Shown piece after piece: positions 1-10,746 of a stretch of DNA of 64,000 nucleotides (position 1 is its first letter; every line of letters starts with the position of its first letter). The notes under the pieces are model-generated. The model did not search any database, was not told where the DNA came from, and saw only the letters and a list, made by a program, of their open reading frames with translations. Made by a program: the position numbers and the translations under genes. This stretch comes from Armatimonadota bacterium (lineage in GTDB: Bacteria > Armatimonadota > UBA5829 > DTLH01): NCBI GenBank assembly GCA_038207085.1, contig JBBRAE010000014.1, forward strand, positions 1 through 64,000, given 5' to 3'.

Positions 1-188
1 TGGGGGCGGCTTTTTTGCTTTCCGGCTTTAAAACACCCCCTTTTTTTATGTGTCCTCGCTTTTCTATTACCCATTCGCGGCGTTTTGGTGTGGGGCGCTT
101 GCCCGCCCCCACCCCAAACGGCTCTTCCCTCAAACTGTCTCTTACGGTATACTAAATAGGTTGACAACATCACCCCGGAGAAGTCTTT

Positions 189-857
189 TTGGAAGATCGT
201 TCGTATTATTCTCAATCTGACAACGCGGAGTTTCGGCTGGTTTTGCCCGGGACGCTTGGGTATCGTGAGGCGCTTGAGCTTCAGCTTGAGCTTCATTCCG
301 AGGTGAAACAGGGCAAACTCGGAGGGGCGCTTGTGGTGCTTGAGCATCCGCCGGTTATTACCAAAGGCGTCGGCACGCACGCTGAGAACCTGCTTGTGCC
401 GGAATCTGTGCTCTCGGCGAACGGTGTGGAGATCGTCGAGACCGACCGCGGTGGGGACGCGACCTATCATGGGCCGGGGCAGATTGTCGGCTACCCAATC
501 GTCAATCTTCGTGCTCGTGGGAACGATGTTCACGCGTTTTTATGTCTCTTAGAGAGTATAATAATCTCAACATTAGCCGACTACAACCTCGAAGGCGAGC
601 GACACGGGCTTGCGGGTGTTTGGGTCGGCGATAAAAAGATTTGCAGCATCGGGATTGCGGTGCGCGGCGGGGTGACTTATCACGGGTTTTCGTTCAATGT
701 CAGCCCGAATATGGCGCATTTCGGCTTTATCAACCCCTGTGGCCTCGACGCGCAGCAGATCACCTGCCTTTCGCGCCTGATCGACCCCGCGCCCGGGATA
801 GACGAAGTCCGCGAGCGGGTTATCAAAAAGTTTTTCGAGCATTTTGGGATCAAGTAA
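189..857 (+). CDS. lipB: Lipoyl(octanoyl) transferase
   Basis: LEHPPVIT.G, DRGGDATYHGPGQIVGYPI, KICSIG, HGFSFNV and INPCG motifs. Confidence 0.95.
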   Translation: MEDRSYYSQSDNAEFRLVLPGTLGYREALELQLELHSEVKQGKLGGALVVLEHPPVITKGVGTHAENLLVPESVLSANGVEIVETDRGGDATYHGPGQIVGYPIVNLRARGNDVHAFLCLLESIIISTLADYNLEGERHGLAGVWVGDKKICSIGIAVRGGVTYHGFSFNVSPNMAHFGFINPCGLDAQQITCLSRLIDPAPGIDEVRERVIKKFFEHFGIK

Positions 858-866
858 TCCATATTT

Positions 867-3800
867 ATGAACCGTAAACGGCAGCGACAACTGATTCTCC
901 TTCTGACGGTCGTACCGGCGCTCGTCTGTGTTGTCACGGCTGTTGTATACATCGTAGGCGAGGTCAAGCGGGTTACCAGGCATCTTGACGTGGTGATCGT
1001 CGATGAACTGCGTCGTCAGACCCGGCGCGACGTGAGAATCGGCGGCTACGGAGTCTCACGGCTTGGCAAAGCCGTGCTCAAGGATATCGAGATCTCCAAC
1101 GGCCCCACATTTCGCTCCGGCACCCTCCTTCGCGCGGACGAACTGATCGTCGACTACAAGTTCTGGGACCTCGTGCACCGCAAGGTGACGCCGATACAGA
1201 GCATTCAGTCGCTGCGTCTGGTCAGGCCTGTGATACGCCTTGACCGTTACCGAAACGGTAAGCTCAACATCAACGACTTTTTCATCAAGCGCCCCGGCCC
1301 CAAGCGTCCCCCGTTTGCGGGAACGATCTATTTTGAGAATGGCGACTTTACCTACAGCGATTGGCAGGCAAAGACCCCCGGCCCGAAGCCCGCAGTGATC
1401 CGTGTTAAGGATTTCGACGGAATCTTTGACGCATCCGGCACGCCGTTCTATGTCTACAACGTCACTGGTCGAGGCCCCAAAGGTGGCAACTTTGATCGGC
1501 TGGCGCTGAGCGGCTCGATCGACAACCGAAACGGCGTCGTCGCAATCGACGTGCGCGCAAAGGGCGCAGACGCCGCGTTCTGGCTCGCGTACTTCGCCAA
1601 CCCCGGTGCGGTGCACGTGCTCGGTGGGCGTGCCGATGTGAATATGAGCGTCGCCCGCAAGACCGCCAACGGCAAGTCGAGGTGGAGCTACACGGGCACG
1701 GCCGATATTCGCGACGGACGTGCGCTGATTACCGGCTTCAGCAAGCCTGCGGACAAACTCTCGGGCAGGATCAAGATCGGCGACCAGCGGCTCGATATGC
1801 GCCTGAAGGGAAGCATGCTTGGCTCGCCGTTTTCGATTGCCGGATCAATAGTCAACTTTGCGCGTCCGGGAATCAACCTGCATATCGCCTCGCGGAGCGT
1901 CGACTTTGCGCCGGTTCTTGGCTCCATGCAGCTTTCCGACTCGCTCAAGCAGGTCAAGGTGGATGGCCGTGGGCCGCTTGATCTGCACATCATTGGCCGA
2001 AGTGACGGGCTTGCCTACATCGTGCGCACTTCGGTGCCGTCTGTTCAGGCGCTTGGTTATCGTGCGCGAAACGTCGATGTCCGAGCGACCTACTCAGGAG
2101 ACCTGCTTCAGATCGAAAGCGCCCGCGCGGATGCGCTTGACGGGCGTATTTCGCTTGGCGGCACGATTGTGATCGAGAAGGACACCACAAGGCTTGCGCT
2201 TTCAGGCACGACATCGGGTGTAAAGCTTGGTATGGTTCCCGAGGTCGCCAAAGCTGGGATCTCGGGTACGGCAAACGGCAAGTTCGAGCTCTCAGGGACT
2301 GCCTCCAACCCCAGGCTTGCCGCCGATGTCAAACTTAAGCACGGATACTTTAACAATATTGCATTCAATAGCGCCGCGACCCAGGTCATAGTTACTGCCA
2401 AGAGCGTCGAAGTCAGCGCCCTCACTGCGAAAGCCGCAGGTGGAGATGTGCAGCTCTCTGGTCGGGTCATCGGCCCCAAGATGGATTTCCGAGCGGTTGC
2501 GGTCGGGGTCGACCTTGCACGCGCGCTTGCTCCTTTTGGTATGAAGGGCGTCTCAGGTGTCGGCAACTTTGACGGCACGATATCCGGGGAGGCAGCAAAC
2601 CCCACCGTAACAGGCCGGGTAGAGCTCTCGGACGGGCGTGTGCAGGACTTTAGCTTTGACTACGCTCGCGGCAACATCGTCGCCAACAAAAAAACGGTCG
2701 AGTTTAAGGACACCGTCGTTCGCATCATCCCAGCGGAGGTCACGCTTGCCGGGCGTATCACAGGGCTTGACACAAAGACTCCAAACTTCGACCTCGACGT
2801 CTCCGTAGTCGACGCACCCGTCGGGCGGCTTCTTCGTGAAATGAAAGTCACTGCGGACGTCACAGGTATTGTCTCTGGCAAGCTTGCCGTGCGAGGGGCT
2901 GGTAAGAAGCTGCAGGCCTCGGGGAGTATCAGCCTTTCTGATGGGTCGATCGCCGGATACCCGGTCTCATCCGCGGAGACCAGCATCTCCTACTCGGGCG
3001 GGGCTCTTGAGCTAAGCGACTTCACGGCTAAGAGTGGAGAAACCACGTTCGCCGCATCCGGCACGCTCGACAAGCGCGGCAGCGTCGACCTCACATTTGC
3101 GGCAAAGGGAGTGTCTCTATCCGAGATCAGCGAAAAGACGCAGCCGTACGTCACGCTTTCAGGGACAGCGGACGTTTCGGGCAAGGTTTCAGGCCCGCGG
3201 GCGAACCTGAGTATCGCCGCAACGGTTGCCGCCGATCATCCGATTATCAACACGGTGCCCTTTGATGAGTTCCGGGCCGAGGTCGCCTACGGTGAGCAGG
3301 GGATGAGTGTCTCAGGAATCGTACTCGCCGGGCCTCAGGGCAAGATCGCCATCGACCGCGCCGAGTATGACGCCAAAACTGAGAAGTTAAAGATTAGTGA
3401 CGGAAACTTGGACAGCTTCTCCTACCCCGCGCTTTATACTCTCTTGTCCGAGAGTCCATACGCGAGGACACCCGAGGCCGAAGGCCTGAGAGGTATCCTC
3501 ACCAGACTCAGACGTCCCGACGACGGCTCGATCTCGGGGGCGTTTGGCGCGGAAGGCCCAGTTGACGATCTACAAGCAAATGTTAAACTTTCGGCCAAAA
3601 AGCTGGATATAGCAGAGCTGAAGAACCTAGACATCGACCTTTCGGCGAGCACTTCGGGCGGAGGCGTCAAGATCGAGAGCCTTGAGGCAAGAGCCGATTC
3701 GCTTTACGTCAGAGGCGACGGGACGATCGACCCCAAAGGCAGTTTGAACGTCAACCTCGACGCCTACAACGTGGACCTCGGTGCGCTGACTTCCGCGATC

Positions 3801-5462
3801 GGGCCAAGTTACGTAACTGGCACGGCAACCGTGACCGCGTCTATCACTGGCCCCGTAAGCACTCCCAGGGTCACGTTCTCGGTCAACATGGTCGACCCCG
3901 TCATCTACGGGGTTAAGTTCGACAGCTTGAGCACCGGTTTGATCACCGTCGATGGTGACACAATCGACCTCAGCCGCGTAGTAGTTACCAAGGAAGACCC
4001 AAAGAGCAAGGAAAGCCACTCCGGCGTGATCTTCGGCAAGGTGCCCTGGAGTTGGTCCAAGTTCACGGTTCCCGCGGACAGGCCGATAGACCTGCACGCA
4101 AGCTTGGAGGAGCAGTCGCTCAAGATCCTCGCGATTTTGGTGGACAAGCTCGATTCGACTCGGACATCGGGGACGTTTTCGGCGAACGTCGACATCGTCG
4201 GCACGCTCGGCAGCCCGAACCTCGCGGGGTCTATCACGGTGAACAAGGGCACGGTCGGTGTCGTCGGGATGGATAACGATTTCACCAACATTGCAGCCGA
4301 CGTGCGCTTTGAAGGCAGCACCATCCGAGTAGCACAGCTTTCAGGACAGTCGAGCGGCGGCGGGTCGTTTGATGTTGTTCCGGGCGGAATAATCTCGCTT
4401 GCAAACGTGATATCGCCCGTTCCGGGGCAGTCTCGCAGCACGACGAATCTGACGGTTCGTGCGAAATCGCTCTACTTTGCCGAGACGAACATGCTCGAAT
4501 ACCGCGAGCGGATCTCCGGGCAGATAAGCACCGGAGAGGCCGGGGTCGTGGTCACGGGCCCTGTAACCCATCCGAAGATATCAGGGTTGATTGAGCTTGC
4601 CAAGGCAGATGTGCTCCTTGGCCCGGTGCCTGAGGGCGCTTCACCCAAACCTATCACCGGCGAGTTCAACCCGGCGTTCGATCTCACACTTTCGGTCGGT
4701 AATGATGTCTGGTTCAACAACCGAAGCAGCATAAACGCGCTGATGCTGGGGCAGGGGAGGCTCACTGGGACGCTTCGCAAGCCGGTCCTGTCGGCGAACG
4801 TAAAAATCGCGCGCGGCTGGCTCAGGTTCCCGACCCAGAGGATGCGAATCACAAATGGTGCGGTGACCGTGGCTTGGAACCCGTATTCAAACAGCTCTCA
4901 GGCGGAGCCGCCGCGGGTGACTGTGAACCTTGAGGCGGAGACATCGCTCTCGACTACCTCTCCGCTTGGAGGCAGACGCCGCTACAACATTACGATGTCG
5001 GTTCAGGGGTCGCTTCTTAGTCTTGAGCCGGAGGATATCGTCTTCAAGAGCGATCCTGCGGGGCTTTCGCGCACGCAGATATTGGCAGCGCTTGGGCACT
5101 TCGAGGATATTTTTGGAAGCGGCGAAGTTGCGCTCAATCAGCAGTTGCGAAACGTCTTCACGCTCGCTGTGTCGCCGTATGTGCTTGAGCCACTTGAGTC
5201 GGGGTTCATCGAGGCGCTGGGGCTTGAGGACTTTACAATCGAATACGGTTTCGAGCAGCCGTTGGCCGTTTCGGCATCCAGGGAACTGATGGATAACGTG
5301 TATGTTTCCTACTGGAGCATCCTAAACGGCACATCGTCGAACACTGGGTCGTCATACTCGCTGAAGCTATCCTATCGGCTAAAAGACTGGCTGGAGATCG
5401 GGTACATCACCGATTCAAGGCGAATACAGTCGCTGGAAATTGCTGTCAGCAGGCGCTTCTAG
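867..5462 (+). CDS. tamB: TamB/AsmA-like translocation and assembly protein (DUF490-type C-terminus)
   Basis: 1531 aa, N-terminal TM anchor, repetitive beta-rich body, C-terminal 'F.SDP.LS..QILA.L' motif; directly upstream of Omp85. Confidence 0.85.
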   Translation: MNRKRQRQLILLLTVVPALVCVVTAVVYIVGEVKRVTRHLDVVIVDELRRQTRRDVRIGGYGVSRLGKAVLKDIEISNGPTFRSGTLLRADELIVDYKFWDLVHRKVTPIQSIQSLRLVRPVIRLDRYRNGKLNINDFFIKRPGPKRPPFAGTIYFENGDFTYSDWQAKTPGPKPAVIRVKDFDGIFDASGTPFYVYNVTGRGPKGGNFDRLALSGSIDNRNGVVAIDVRAKGADAAFWLAYFANPGAVHVLGGRADVNMSVARKTANGKSRWSYTGTADIRDGRALITGFSKPADKLSGRIKIGDQRLDMRLKGSMLGSPFSIAGSIVNFARPGINLHIASRSVDFAPVLGSMQLSDSLKQVKVDGRGPLDLHIIGRSDGLAYIVRTSVPSVQALGYRARNVDVRATYSGDLLQIESARADALDGRISLGGTIVIEKDTTRLALSGTTSGVKLGMVPEVAKAGISGTANGKFELSGTASNPRLAADVKLKHGYFNNIAFNSAATQVIVTAKSVEVSALTAKAAGGDVQLSGRVIGPKMDFRAVAVGVDLARALAPFGMKGVSGVGNFDGTISGEAANPTVTGRVELSDGRVQDFSFDYARGNIVANKKTVEFKDTVVRIIPAEVTLAGRITGLDTKTPNFDLDVSVVDAPVGRLLREMKVTADVTGIVSGKLAVRGAGKKLQASGSISLSDGSIAGYPVSSAETSISYSGGALELSDFTAKSGETTFAASGTLDKRGSVDLTFAAKGVSLSEISEKTQPYVTLSGTADVSGKVSGPRANLSIAATVAADHPIINTVPFDEFRAEVAYGEQGMSVSGIVLAGPQGKIAIDRAEYDAKTEKLKISDGNLDSFSYPALYTLLSESPYARTPEAEGLRGILTRLRRPDDGSISGAFGAEGPVDDLQANVKLSAKKLDIAELKNLDIDLSASTSGGGVKIESLEARADSLYVRGDGTIDPKGSLNVNLDAYNVDLGALTSAIGPSYVTGTATVTASITGPVSTPRVTFSVNMVDPVIYGVKFDSLSTGLITVDGDTIDLSRVVVTKEDPKSKESHSGVIFGKVPWSWSKFTVPADRPIDLHASLEEQSLKILAILVDKLDSTRTSGTFSANVDIVGTLGSPNLAGSITVNKGTVGVVGMDNDFTNIAADVRFEGSTIRVAQLSGQSSGGGSFDVVPGGIISLANVISPVPGQSRSTTNLTVRAKSLYFAETNMLEYRERISGQISTGEAGVVVTGPVTHPKISGLIELAKADVLLGPVPEGASPKPITGEFNPAFDLTLSVGNDVWFNNRSSINALMLGQGRLTGTLRKPVLSANVKIARGWLRFPTQRMRITNGAVTVAWNPYSNSSQAEPPRVTVNLEAETSLSTTSPLGGRRRYNITMSVQGSLLSLEPEDIVFKSDPAGLSRTQILAALGHFEDIFGSGEVALNQQLRNVFTLAVSPYVLEPLESGFIEALGLEDFTIEYGFEQPLAVSASRELMDNVYVSYWSILNGTSSNTGSSYSLKLSYRLKDWLEIGYITDSRRIQSLEIAVSRRF

Positions 5463-5638
5463 CGCCGCTAGGCTTGAAGCTTGCCATATCGGTGGGTTGT
5501 CTGCTAGCATGTTTGCTGGGTGGCTATATTGGGAGCTATGTAACGTCTGGATCAATTGGCTCCGCGGAATCGATAGTCACTTGCGGGACAGGAGAGTCCC
5601 GCCTTCTTGGGATTTTTCACATAGAGGAGAATTACGCT

Positions 5639-7567
5639 ATGTCAGGTTTGAGATTACGGATGAGGTGGAGGCCCGTTGCGGTGGTCGTTACCGCTGCGAT
5701 ACTTTTTGGGCTGTTGCCTGTAGCCGTTTTTGCACAGGAAGGTCAGAAAGTGACCCAGGTGGTCATCACCGGGAACAAGAACATCAACCGAGACACGATC
5801 GCAAACGAGATCAAGCTCGAACCCGGCGCAGATTACACCAAGGTGGCTGTCGATAAAGACCGGGCGGCGATAAACGCCACGGGGTACTTCAGCGCGGTTT
5901 CCGTGCGCACGGAGGAGACTCCCGAGGGGCTCCGCGTGATCTATGATGTGGTCGAGAACCCGATCATCAAGGACATTCAGATCGTGGGCGAGGGGCCAAT
6001 TTCGACTGATACCGTGGAAGGCCTGATGCGCACGCAGGCGGGGCAGGTGCTGAACACCTCCACGCTGAACATCGACATTGAGGCGATCCAGCGCAAGTAT
6101 CGTGACGACGGCTATGTCGCATACGTCACTGAAGACATCGGAATCGACCGCGAAACCGGCGTGCTCTCGATCCCGATCCTCGTGCATACAGTTCAGTCCG
6201 TCGATATTGTCGGCAACAAAAAGACGCTTGATTATATTTTCTTCAGAGAGATGAAGACCAAGCCCGGGCAGGTATTCAACATGAAGATCCTGCGCGAGGA
6301 CGTTGCCCGAATATATAACCTCGATATCCTCGAGGACATCCAGGCCCCGAAGATCGAGCCTGGCGCCGACCCCGGCAAGCTATCGATCGCGCTTCCGGTC
6401 ACAGAAAAGAAGACCGGTTCGGTCTCTCTTGGACTCGGTTACAGCTCCCAAAAGAAGCTCGTTGGCCGCGCGGAGCTTTCGGAGACAAACCTCCGGGGCC
6501 GCGGACAGGGACTTACCCTGATGCTTGAGACCGGCACGTCCGACAGCGAAATCGGCAGCAACTATAGCTACGACATCGGCTACCACGAACCGTGGGTCGA
6601 CGCCAAGCACACATCGCTTTCCGTAGACTTGTTCAACAAGCTGAACTATCGCTTCTCATCAGGCACGGAATTGGTTGGAGGCGACAGTCAGGTCAACGGA
6701 CAGCAGTACAACGAACGGCGCAAGGGCGCTGAAGTCGGACTGAGCCGTCCGCTTTCGGGCTTCACCCGAGCGTTTGTGACGGTTCGTGGTGAGAACGTCG
6801 AGACGACCCCGGTTCAGATCACTGGCACAAGTGGTTCGTTCGCACCTGCGTCCATCCAGACCCGCGCCTCGTCAGGCTCCAACAGCGTCATTGGAATGGT
6901 CCAGCAGGACGGCTCCATCCAGAGTGGCACGTTCAGATTGCTGAACAACACCAGAGACTTTGAACGGGACCCGGCTGACGGTTGGTATAAGTCGGTTTCT
7001 CTTCAGATTGGCAATGCGGACATCAAACAGACGAGCGTTCAGGACCTCACTCCTGACGTAACTGACGATGCACTGACAAAGACAGTTGCAGATGTAAAAG
7101 GCCCGTTCCAGAAGCTGCAGTTCGATGTTCGCAAGTACTGGAGCAAAGACGGTCGCAAGGTGAACCCGAACGACAAGCGTGCCACCATCGCTACGAGGCT
7201 GATGGGTGGAGTCGCTGCGGGAAGCCTGCCGTTCTTCGAGCAGTATTTCGTTGGTGGCGCTGAGTCGATTCGAGGCTATAGCGAGGACCGGTTCTGGGGC
7301 GACAAGATGCTCACGGCAAGCGTGGAGTATCGTAAACCCGTCGGCAATTCGCTGACCGGCGTAGCGTTCCTCGACTACGGCGACGCGTGGGGCGCTCCCG
7401 GCGACTACAACGGCGTAAGCGACCTTCCTCAGAGCCAGTCGTTCCACGGCAATGTCGGCATGGGGATTGGCCTTCGGGTGAACACTCCGATCGGCAACCT
7501 GAGGCTCGACTATGGCATCGGAAGCGAAGGCGGCAGAACGCACTTCAGCATGGGGCAGGCGTTCTAG
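5639..7567 (+). CDS. bamA: Omp85/BamA outer-membrane assembly factor with ~3 POTRA domains
   Basis: POTRA repeats (GNK..., GYF..V), barrel motifs NLRGRGQ, GGAESIRGY, GLRVNTPIGNLRLDYG, terminal F; start moved to ATG 5639 (SD GAGGAG 5624-5629). Confidence 0.93.
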   Translation: MSGLRLRMRWRPVAVVVTAAILFGLLPVAVFAQEGQKVTQVVITGNKNINRDTIANEIKLEPGADYTKVAVDKDRAAINATGYFSAVSVRTEETPEGLRVIYDVVENPIIKDIQIVGEGPISTDTVEGLMRTQAGQVLNTSTLNIDIEAIQRKYRDDGYVAYVTEDIGIDRETGVLSIPILVHTVQSVDIVGNKKTLDYIFFREMKTKPGQVFNMKILREDVARIYNLDILEDIQAPKIEPGADPGKLSIALPVTEKKTGSVSLGLGYSSQKKLVGRAELSETNLRGRGQGLTLMLETGTSDSEIGSNYSYDIGYHEPWVDAKHTSLSVDLFNKLNYRFSSGTELVGGDSQVNGQQYNERRKGAEVGLSRPLSGFTRAFVTVRGENVETTPVQITGTSGSFAPASIQTRASSGSNSVIGMVQQDGSIQSGTFRLLNNTRDFERDPADGWYKSVSLQIGNADIKQTSVQDLTPDVTDDALTKTVADVKGPFQKLQFDVRKYWSKDGRKVNPNDKRATIATRLMGGVAAGSLPFFEQYFVGGAESIRGYSEDRFWGDKMLTASVEYRKPVGNSLTGVAFLDYGDAWGAPGDYNGVSDLPQSQSFHGNVGMGIGLRVNTPIGNLRLDYGIGSEGGRTHFSMGQAF

Positions 7568-7595
7568 CTCCAGAAGAGAAAGTTCGGACTTTTGA

Positions 7596-7625
7596 GGGCT
7601 CGGTGAAGATCACCGGGCCCTTTTT
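7596..7625 (+). terminator. Intrinsic terminator after bamA
   Basis: GGGCTCGGTGA-aga-TCACCGGGCCC followed by TTTTT. Confidence 0.8.
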
Positions 7626-7697
7626 ATTTGGTGTTCGGCAATGGGGCATGTCGGGGGACGTCTTAAGATAAACGTAGCGTAGATTAAGATGCGTTGC

Positions 7698-7727
7698 TTG
7701 CCGAGCTCTGCATTTATCTGGTATAAT
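7698..7727 (+). promoter_or_regulatory. Sigma70-type promoter for the ompH-lpx operon
   Basis: TTGCCG-18 nt-TATAAT with extended -10 (TGgTATAAT). Confidence 0.65.
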
Positions 7728-7807
7728 TACGGCCAGCGGAGGCAGAGCAGCACGATGCGCTACGGATGGAGCTCGGCCTCCGTATTGTTTAGAAGAGGTG
7801 CGCCATA

Positions 7808-8428
7808 GTGGTGAGTAAACGTTTGGGGATTCTCGTTGCGGTGTTTGCGATGGTGGTCGCGTTCGCAGGGTCTGCGCTTGCGGTTGACACTGTCGGGTTT
7901 GTCGACGTACAGGATGTTTTCAAGGGATATGACAAGACTGTCAAGTCCAACGCCGAGCTCGATGCTCTAAGCAAGCAGCTCGTTGCCAAGCTTCAGGCTA
8001 TGGAAGAGAATATGCTTCTTCCTGAAAGTGACCTGCAGGAGCTCGTCGTTCTTAGGACCAAGGCCGATCTCACAGATGTTGAGAAGACCCGCCTGAAAGC
8101 GCTCCAGGACAGGGAAATCACCCTGGACAAGGAACTTGCCGAACTCTCCGTGAAGAAAGAGCCGACGGCTCAGGAGCAGGCAAGAATGAAGGAGCTTCAG
8201 GCTCGCAAGACTCAGTCCAAAGAAAACGCCAACAAGGTGCGCGACGAGTCCGAGAAGTCATTCCAGGCAAAGAGCAAAGAGCTCAGTGCCGGGATTCGCG
8301 AAGACATAGTCAAGGCGATCGAAGCGGTCGCAAAAGACAAGAAGCTCACTGTGGTCATCGACAAGGAAGCCGTACTCTTCGGCGGGCTTGACCTGACCAA
8401 AGATGTTCTTTCCAAACTCAAGAAGTAA
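7808..8428 (+). CDS. skp: OmpH/Skp periplasmic chaperone
   Basis: Signal peptide, VGFVDVQDVF, coiled coil, C-terminal VAKDKKLTVVIDK..VLFGGLDLTKDV. Confidence 0.9.
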   Translation: MVSKRLGILVAVFAMVVAFAGSALAVDTVGFVDVQDVFKGYDKTVKSNAELDALSKQLVAKLQAMEENMLLPESDLQELVVLRTKADLTDVEKTRLKALQDREITLDKELAELSVKKEPTAQEQARMKELQARKTQSKENANKVRDESEKSFQAKSKELSAGIREDIVKAIEAVAKDKKLTVVIDKEAVLFGGLDLTKDVLSKLKK

Positions 8429-8446
8429 ATTGGGTTGATATTGAGC

Positions 8447-8517
8447 AACAACGGCAGAGCAGCCTACGGCTGCAAGAGAGTGACGCAGGTAGCGCCACAG
8501 AAAGTCCTGCCGTTGTT
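8447..8517 (+). repeat. Structured intergenic element, third copy of the GCAGCC-nnn-GGCTGC motif family
   Basis: 11-bp outer stem AACAACGGCAG/CTGCCGTTGTT enclosing GCAGCC-tac-GGCTGC...TAGCGCCAC, homologous to the 28531 and 28684 copies. Confidence 0.6.
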
Positions 8518-8526
8518 TGCTTAGAA

Positions 8527-8559
8527 GTAAATGGCAAAAACCGCCATTTTATTTGGGAG
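8527..8559 (+). repeat. GTAAATGGC-N7-GCCATTT hairpin repeat before an SD (copy 1)
   Basis: GTAAATGGC-aaaaacc-GCCATTTTA, then GGGAG and ATG 8566. Confidence 0.75.
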
Positions 8560-8565
8560 CGCCGC

Positions 8566-9672
8566 ATGAGCCACAGGATAGTTACAGCATCCATAGCAGC
8601 GCTTTGCGGAATCGGACTGGCCATCGCCGGAGTAGGCTGGCGAAGCGAGGAGCGTCCGTTGCCCAGACCCGCAACACGGGTCTTTTGCAATGTAGATGCG
8701 CTTGTCAAGCTTCATCCCGCGTGGGGTCAGTACGGGCAGCTTAACGGTCTCCCGTCGCAAGGATTGCCGCCGGGAGACTCCGTGCGTACGGGCGACAGAG
8801 CGTCCTCTTTTGCGCCAGCCTCGACAAAAAACGAATGTGCAGGCTTTTACCGATCTCGCTTACAATCGAAACTTGAGAGCAGGGCAGGCGAGGAGCTTTC
8901 GCGGATACGCGACGGCTTGAACGAAGCTCTTGATCTGCGGGTGAGGGAGCGGCGACGCGAGCTTGTCGCACGGGCCGAGGCCGAGCAGGCCGATGCAAGG
9001 CGTGGAGCTGAGCAGTCGCTCGCCGAGGACCTTCGGGCGCTTGACGAGTCCCGCCAGTGCGAACGGGTGGATGCGGCGATTAAACTTTCGGCCCTGAAGG
9101 CGCAACTCGGCGCTCCGGGGGCTTTGGGCGACAACGTCAAGGCGTGTATCGTCACCCACGAGAAGTCGCTTGCCGGGGTGCGGGCCAAGCTTGCGCAGGA
9201 TGAGGATGCCCTTAGGCGCAAGACGGCGCTTGGGCTTCAAGCGACGCACGAGGCGAGGCTTGCCGAGATCAACATTGAGCTGGAGCAGATTCGCTCCCAG
9301 GAAAGCAAACGTATCGACGAACGCATGCGCGAGGCCGACGCCAAACTCAGGGGCGATATTGAGGCCGACATGCTCCGCGGGCTTGAGAAACGTCCCGCTG
9401 TGAAGGCTGCGGCGGTTGGCTCCGGGGTTGGTGCTGGAGGCAGACGAGATATCGTTTCGCAGGCGAAACTGGGATATGTCTCGGTGGCAGGTTCGGTCAA
9501 GGGGTCTTCAGGCGGCACGAGAGCTCGCATGATCGCCGAGATCAAAGCAGAAGTAAAAAGAATTGCCCGTGAAAACGGGCTTGAAGTAACTTTTAGTCCG
9601 GCCCGAGGCGCAAAAGACTCGACCCGCTGGTTTGGGGAGAGGCTTCCATACGCTGTGGGGAAGGCCGGTTAG
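8566..9672 (+). CDS. Elongated OmpH/Skp-like coiled-coil protein
   Basis: N-terminal hydrophobic segment; VFCNVDALVKLHP and EVKRIARENGL ends resemble Skp; long charged coiled coil. Confidence 0.55.
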   Translation: MSHRIVTASIAALCGIGLAIAGVGWRSEERPLPRPATRVFCNVDALVKLHPAWGQYGQLNGLPSQGLPPGDSVRTGDRASSFAPASTKNECAGFYRSRLQSKLESRAGEELSRIRDGLNEALDLRVRERRRELVARAEAEQADARRGAEQSLAEDLRALDESRQCERVDAAIKLSALKAQLGAPGALGDNVKACIVTHEKSLAGVRAKLAQDEDALRRKTALGLQATHEARLAEINIELEQIRSQESKRIDERMREADAKLRGDIEADMLRGLEKRPAVKAAAVGSGVGAGGRRDIVSQAKLGYVSVAGSVKGSSGGTRARMIAEIKAEVKRIARENGLEVTFSPARGAKDSTRWFGERLPYAVGKAG

Positions 9673-9681
9673 CAGGAGACA

Positions 9682-10746
9682 ATGGCAGGGCTTAGACTCG
9701 ACGAAATAGCGCGCGCGGTCGGTGGAACCGTTGTTGGCGACGGTGATGTGATCGTTACAGGCGTGGCAAGCGTCGATGCGGCAGGCGAAGGCGACATCGT
9801 GATGGCCGAAAACGACCGCTACCTCGGTCTTGCGGCGAAATCCGCCGCAACGGCTGTTGTCGCTCTGGAAGCTGATGGCGCGGTGAAGCCTGTCATCGTG
9901 GTTGAGGACCCGAGGGCGGCGTTCTCCAAGGTGCTTGAGATGCTCGCGCCCGTGGTGAAGCACCCGGCGGTCGGGATCGACCCTGGGGCCTGGGTGGATG
10001 AGAGCGCAAAGATCGGCGAGGGCGTCTGCGTAGGTTTTGGAAGTGTGATAGGTGAGGGCGCGGAGATCGGCGAAGGATCTGTGATCTACCCCTTGGTCTA
10101 CGTCGGTGACGGAGTGAAGATCGGCGCTTTTACGGTGCTTTACCCTCACGTGGCTGTGTATCACGGCTGTGAGATCGGTGAGCGGGTGACGGTTCACTCG
10201 GGGACTGTGATCGGCGCTGATGGGTTCGGCTATATGCTCGTTGGGTCCGAGATCAAGAAGGTGCCGCAGGTCGGAAACGTCGTTATTGAAGACGATGTGG
10301 AGATCGGGGCGAACACGACGATAGATCGCGCGAAGACTGGAAGCACGAGGATCGGTCGAGCGACGAAAATTGACAATTTGGTCCAGATCGCGCACAACGT
10401 CAGGACGGGGCAGATGTGCGTGCTCGCAGCTCAGACCGGTATTGCCGGAAGCACTGAGCTTGGCGATGGGGTGACCTGCGCCGGACAGTCTGGCGTAAAG
10501 GACCACGTCCGCATCGGGGACGGTGCGGTGATCGCGGCTCGCGCTGGAGTTACGGGGAATGTGCCCGCAGGGGCGACATACTCCGGGTATCCGGCGAGGC
10601 CGCACAGAGAGGCTATGAGAGGTGAAGCGCTCGTGTATCGGCTGCCTGAGATGAGGCGGCGGATAGATGCTCTCCAGAAGGAAATCGAGGAGATGCGGGC
10701 GCAGATTGCGCGGCTTGCAGGCGGTGATGACGGTGGAAGTAGTTGA
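9682..10746 (+). CDS. lpxD: UDP-3-O-acylglucosamine N-acyltransferase
   Basis: Hexapeptide repeats, [31 protein letters not shown]. Confidence 0.97.
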   Translation: MAGLRLDEIARAVGGTVVGDGDVIVTGVASVDAAGEGDIVMAENDRYLGLAAKSAATAVVALEADGAVKPVIVVEDPRAAFSKVLEMLAPVVKHPAVGIDPGAWVDESAKIGEGVCVGFGSVIGEGAEIGEGSVIYPLVYVGDGVKIGAFTVLYPHVAVYHGCEIGERVTVHSGTVIGADGFGYMLVGSEIKKVPQVGNVVIEDDVEIGANTTIDRAKTGSTRIGRATKIDNLVQIAHNVRTGQMCVLAAQTGIAGSTELGDGVTCAGQSGVKDHVRIGDGAVIAARAGVTGNVPAGATYSGYPARPHREAMRGEALVYRLPEMRRRIDALQKEIEEMRAQIARLAGGDDGGSS

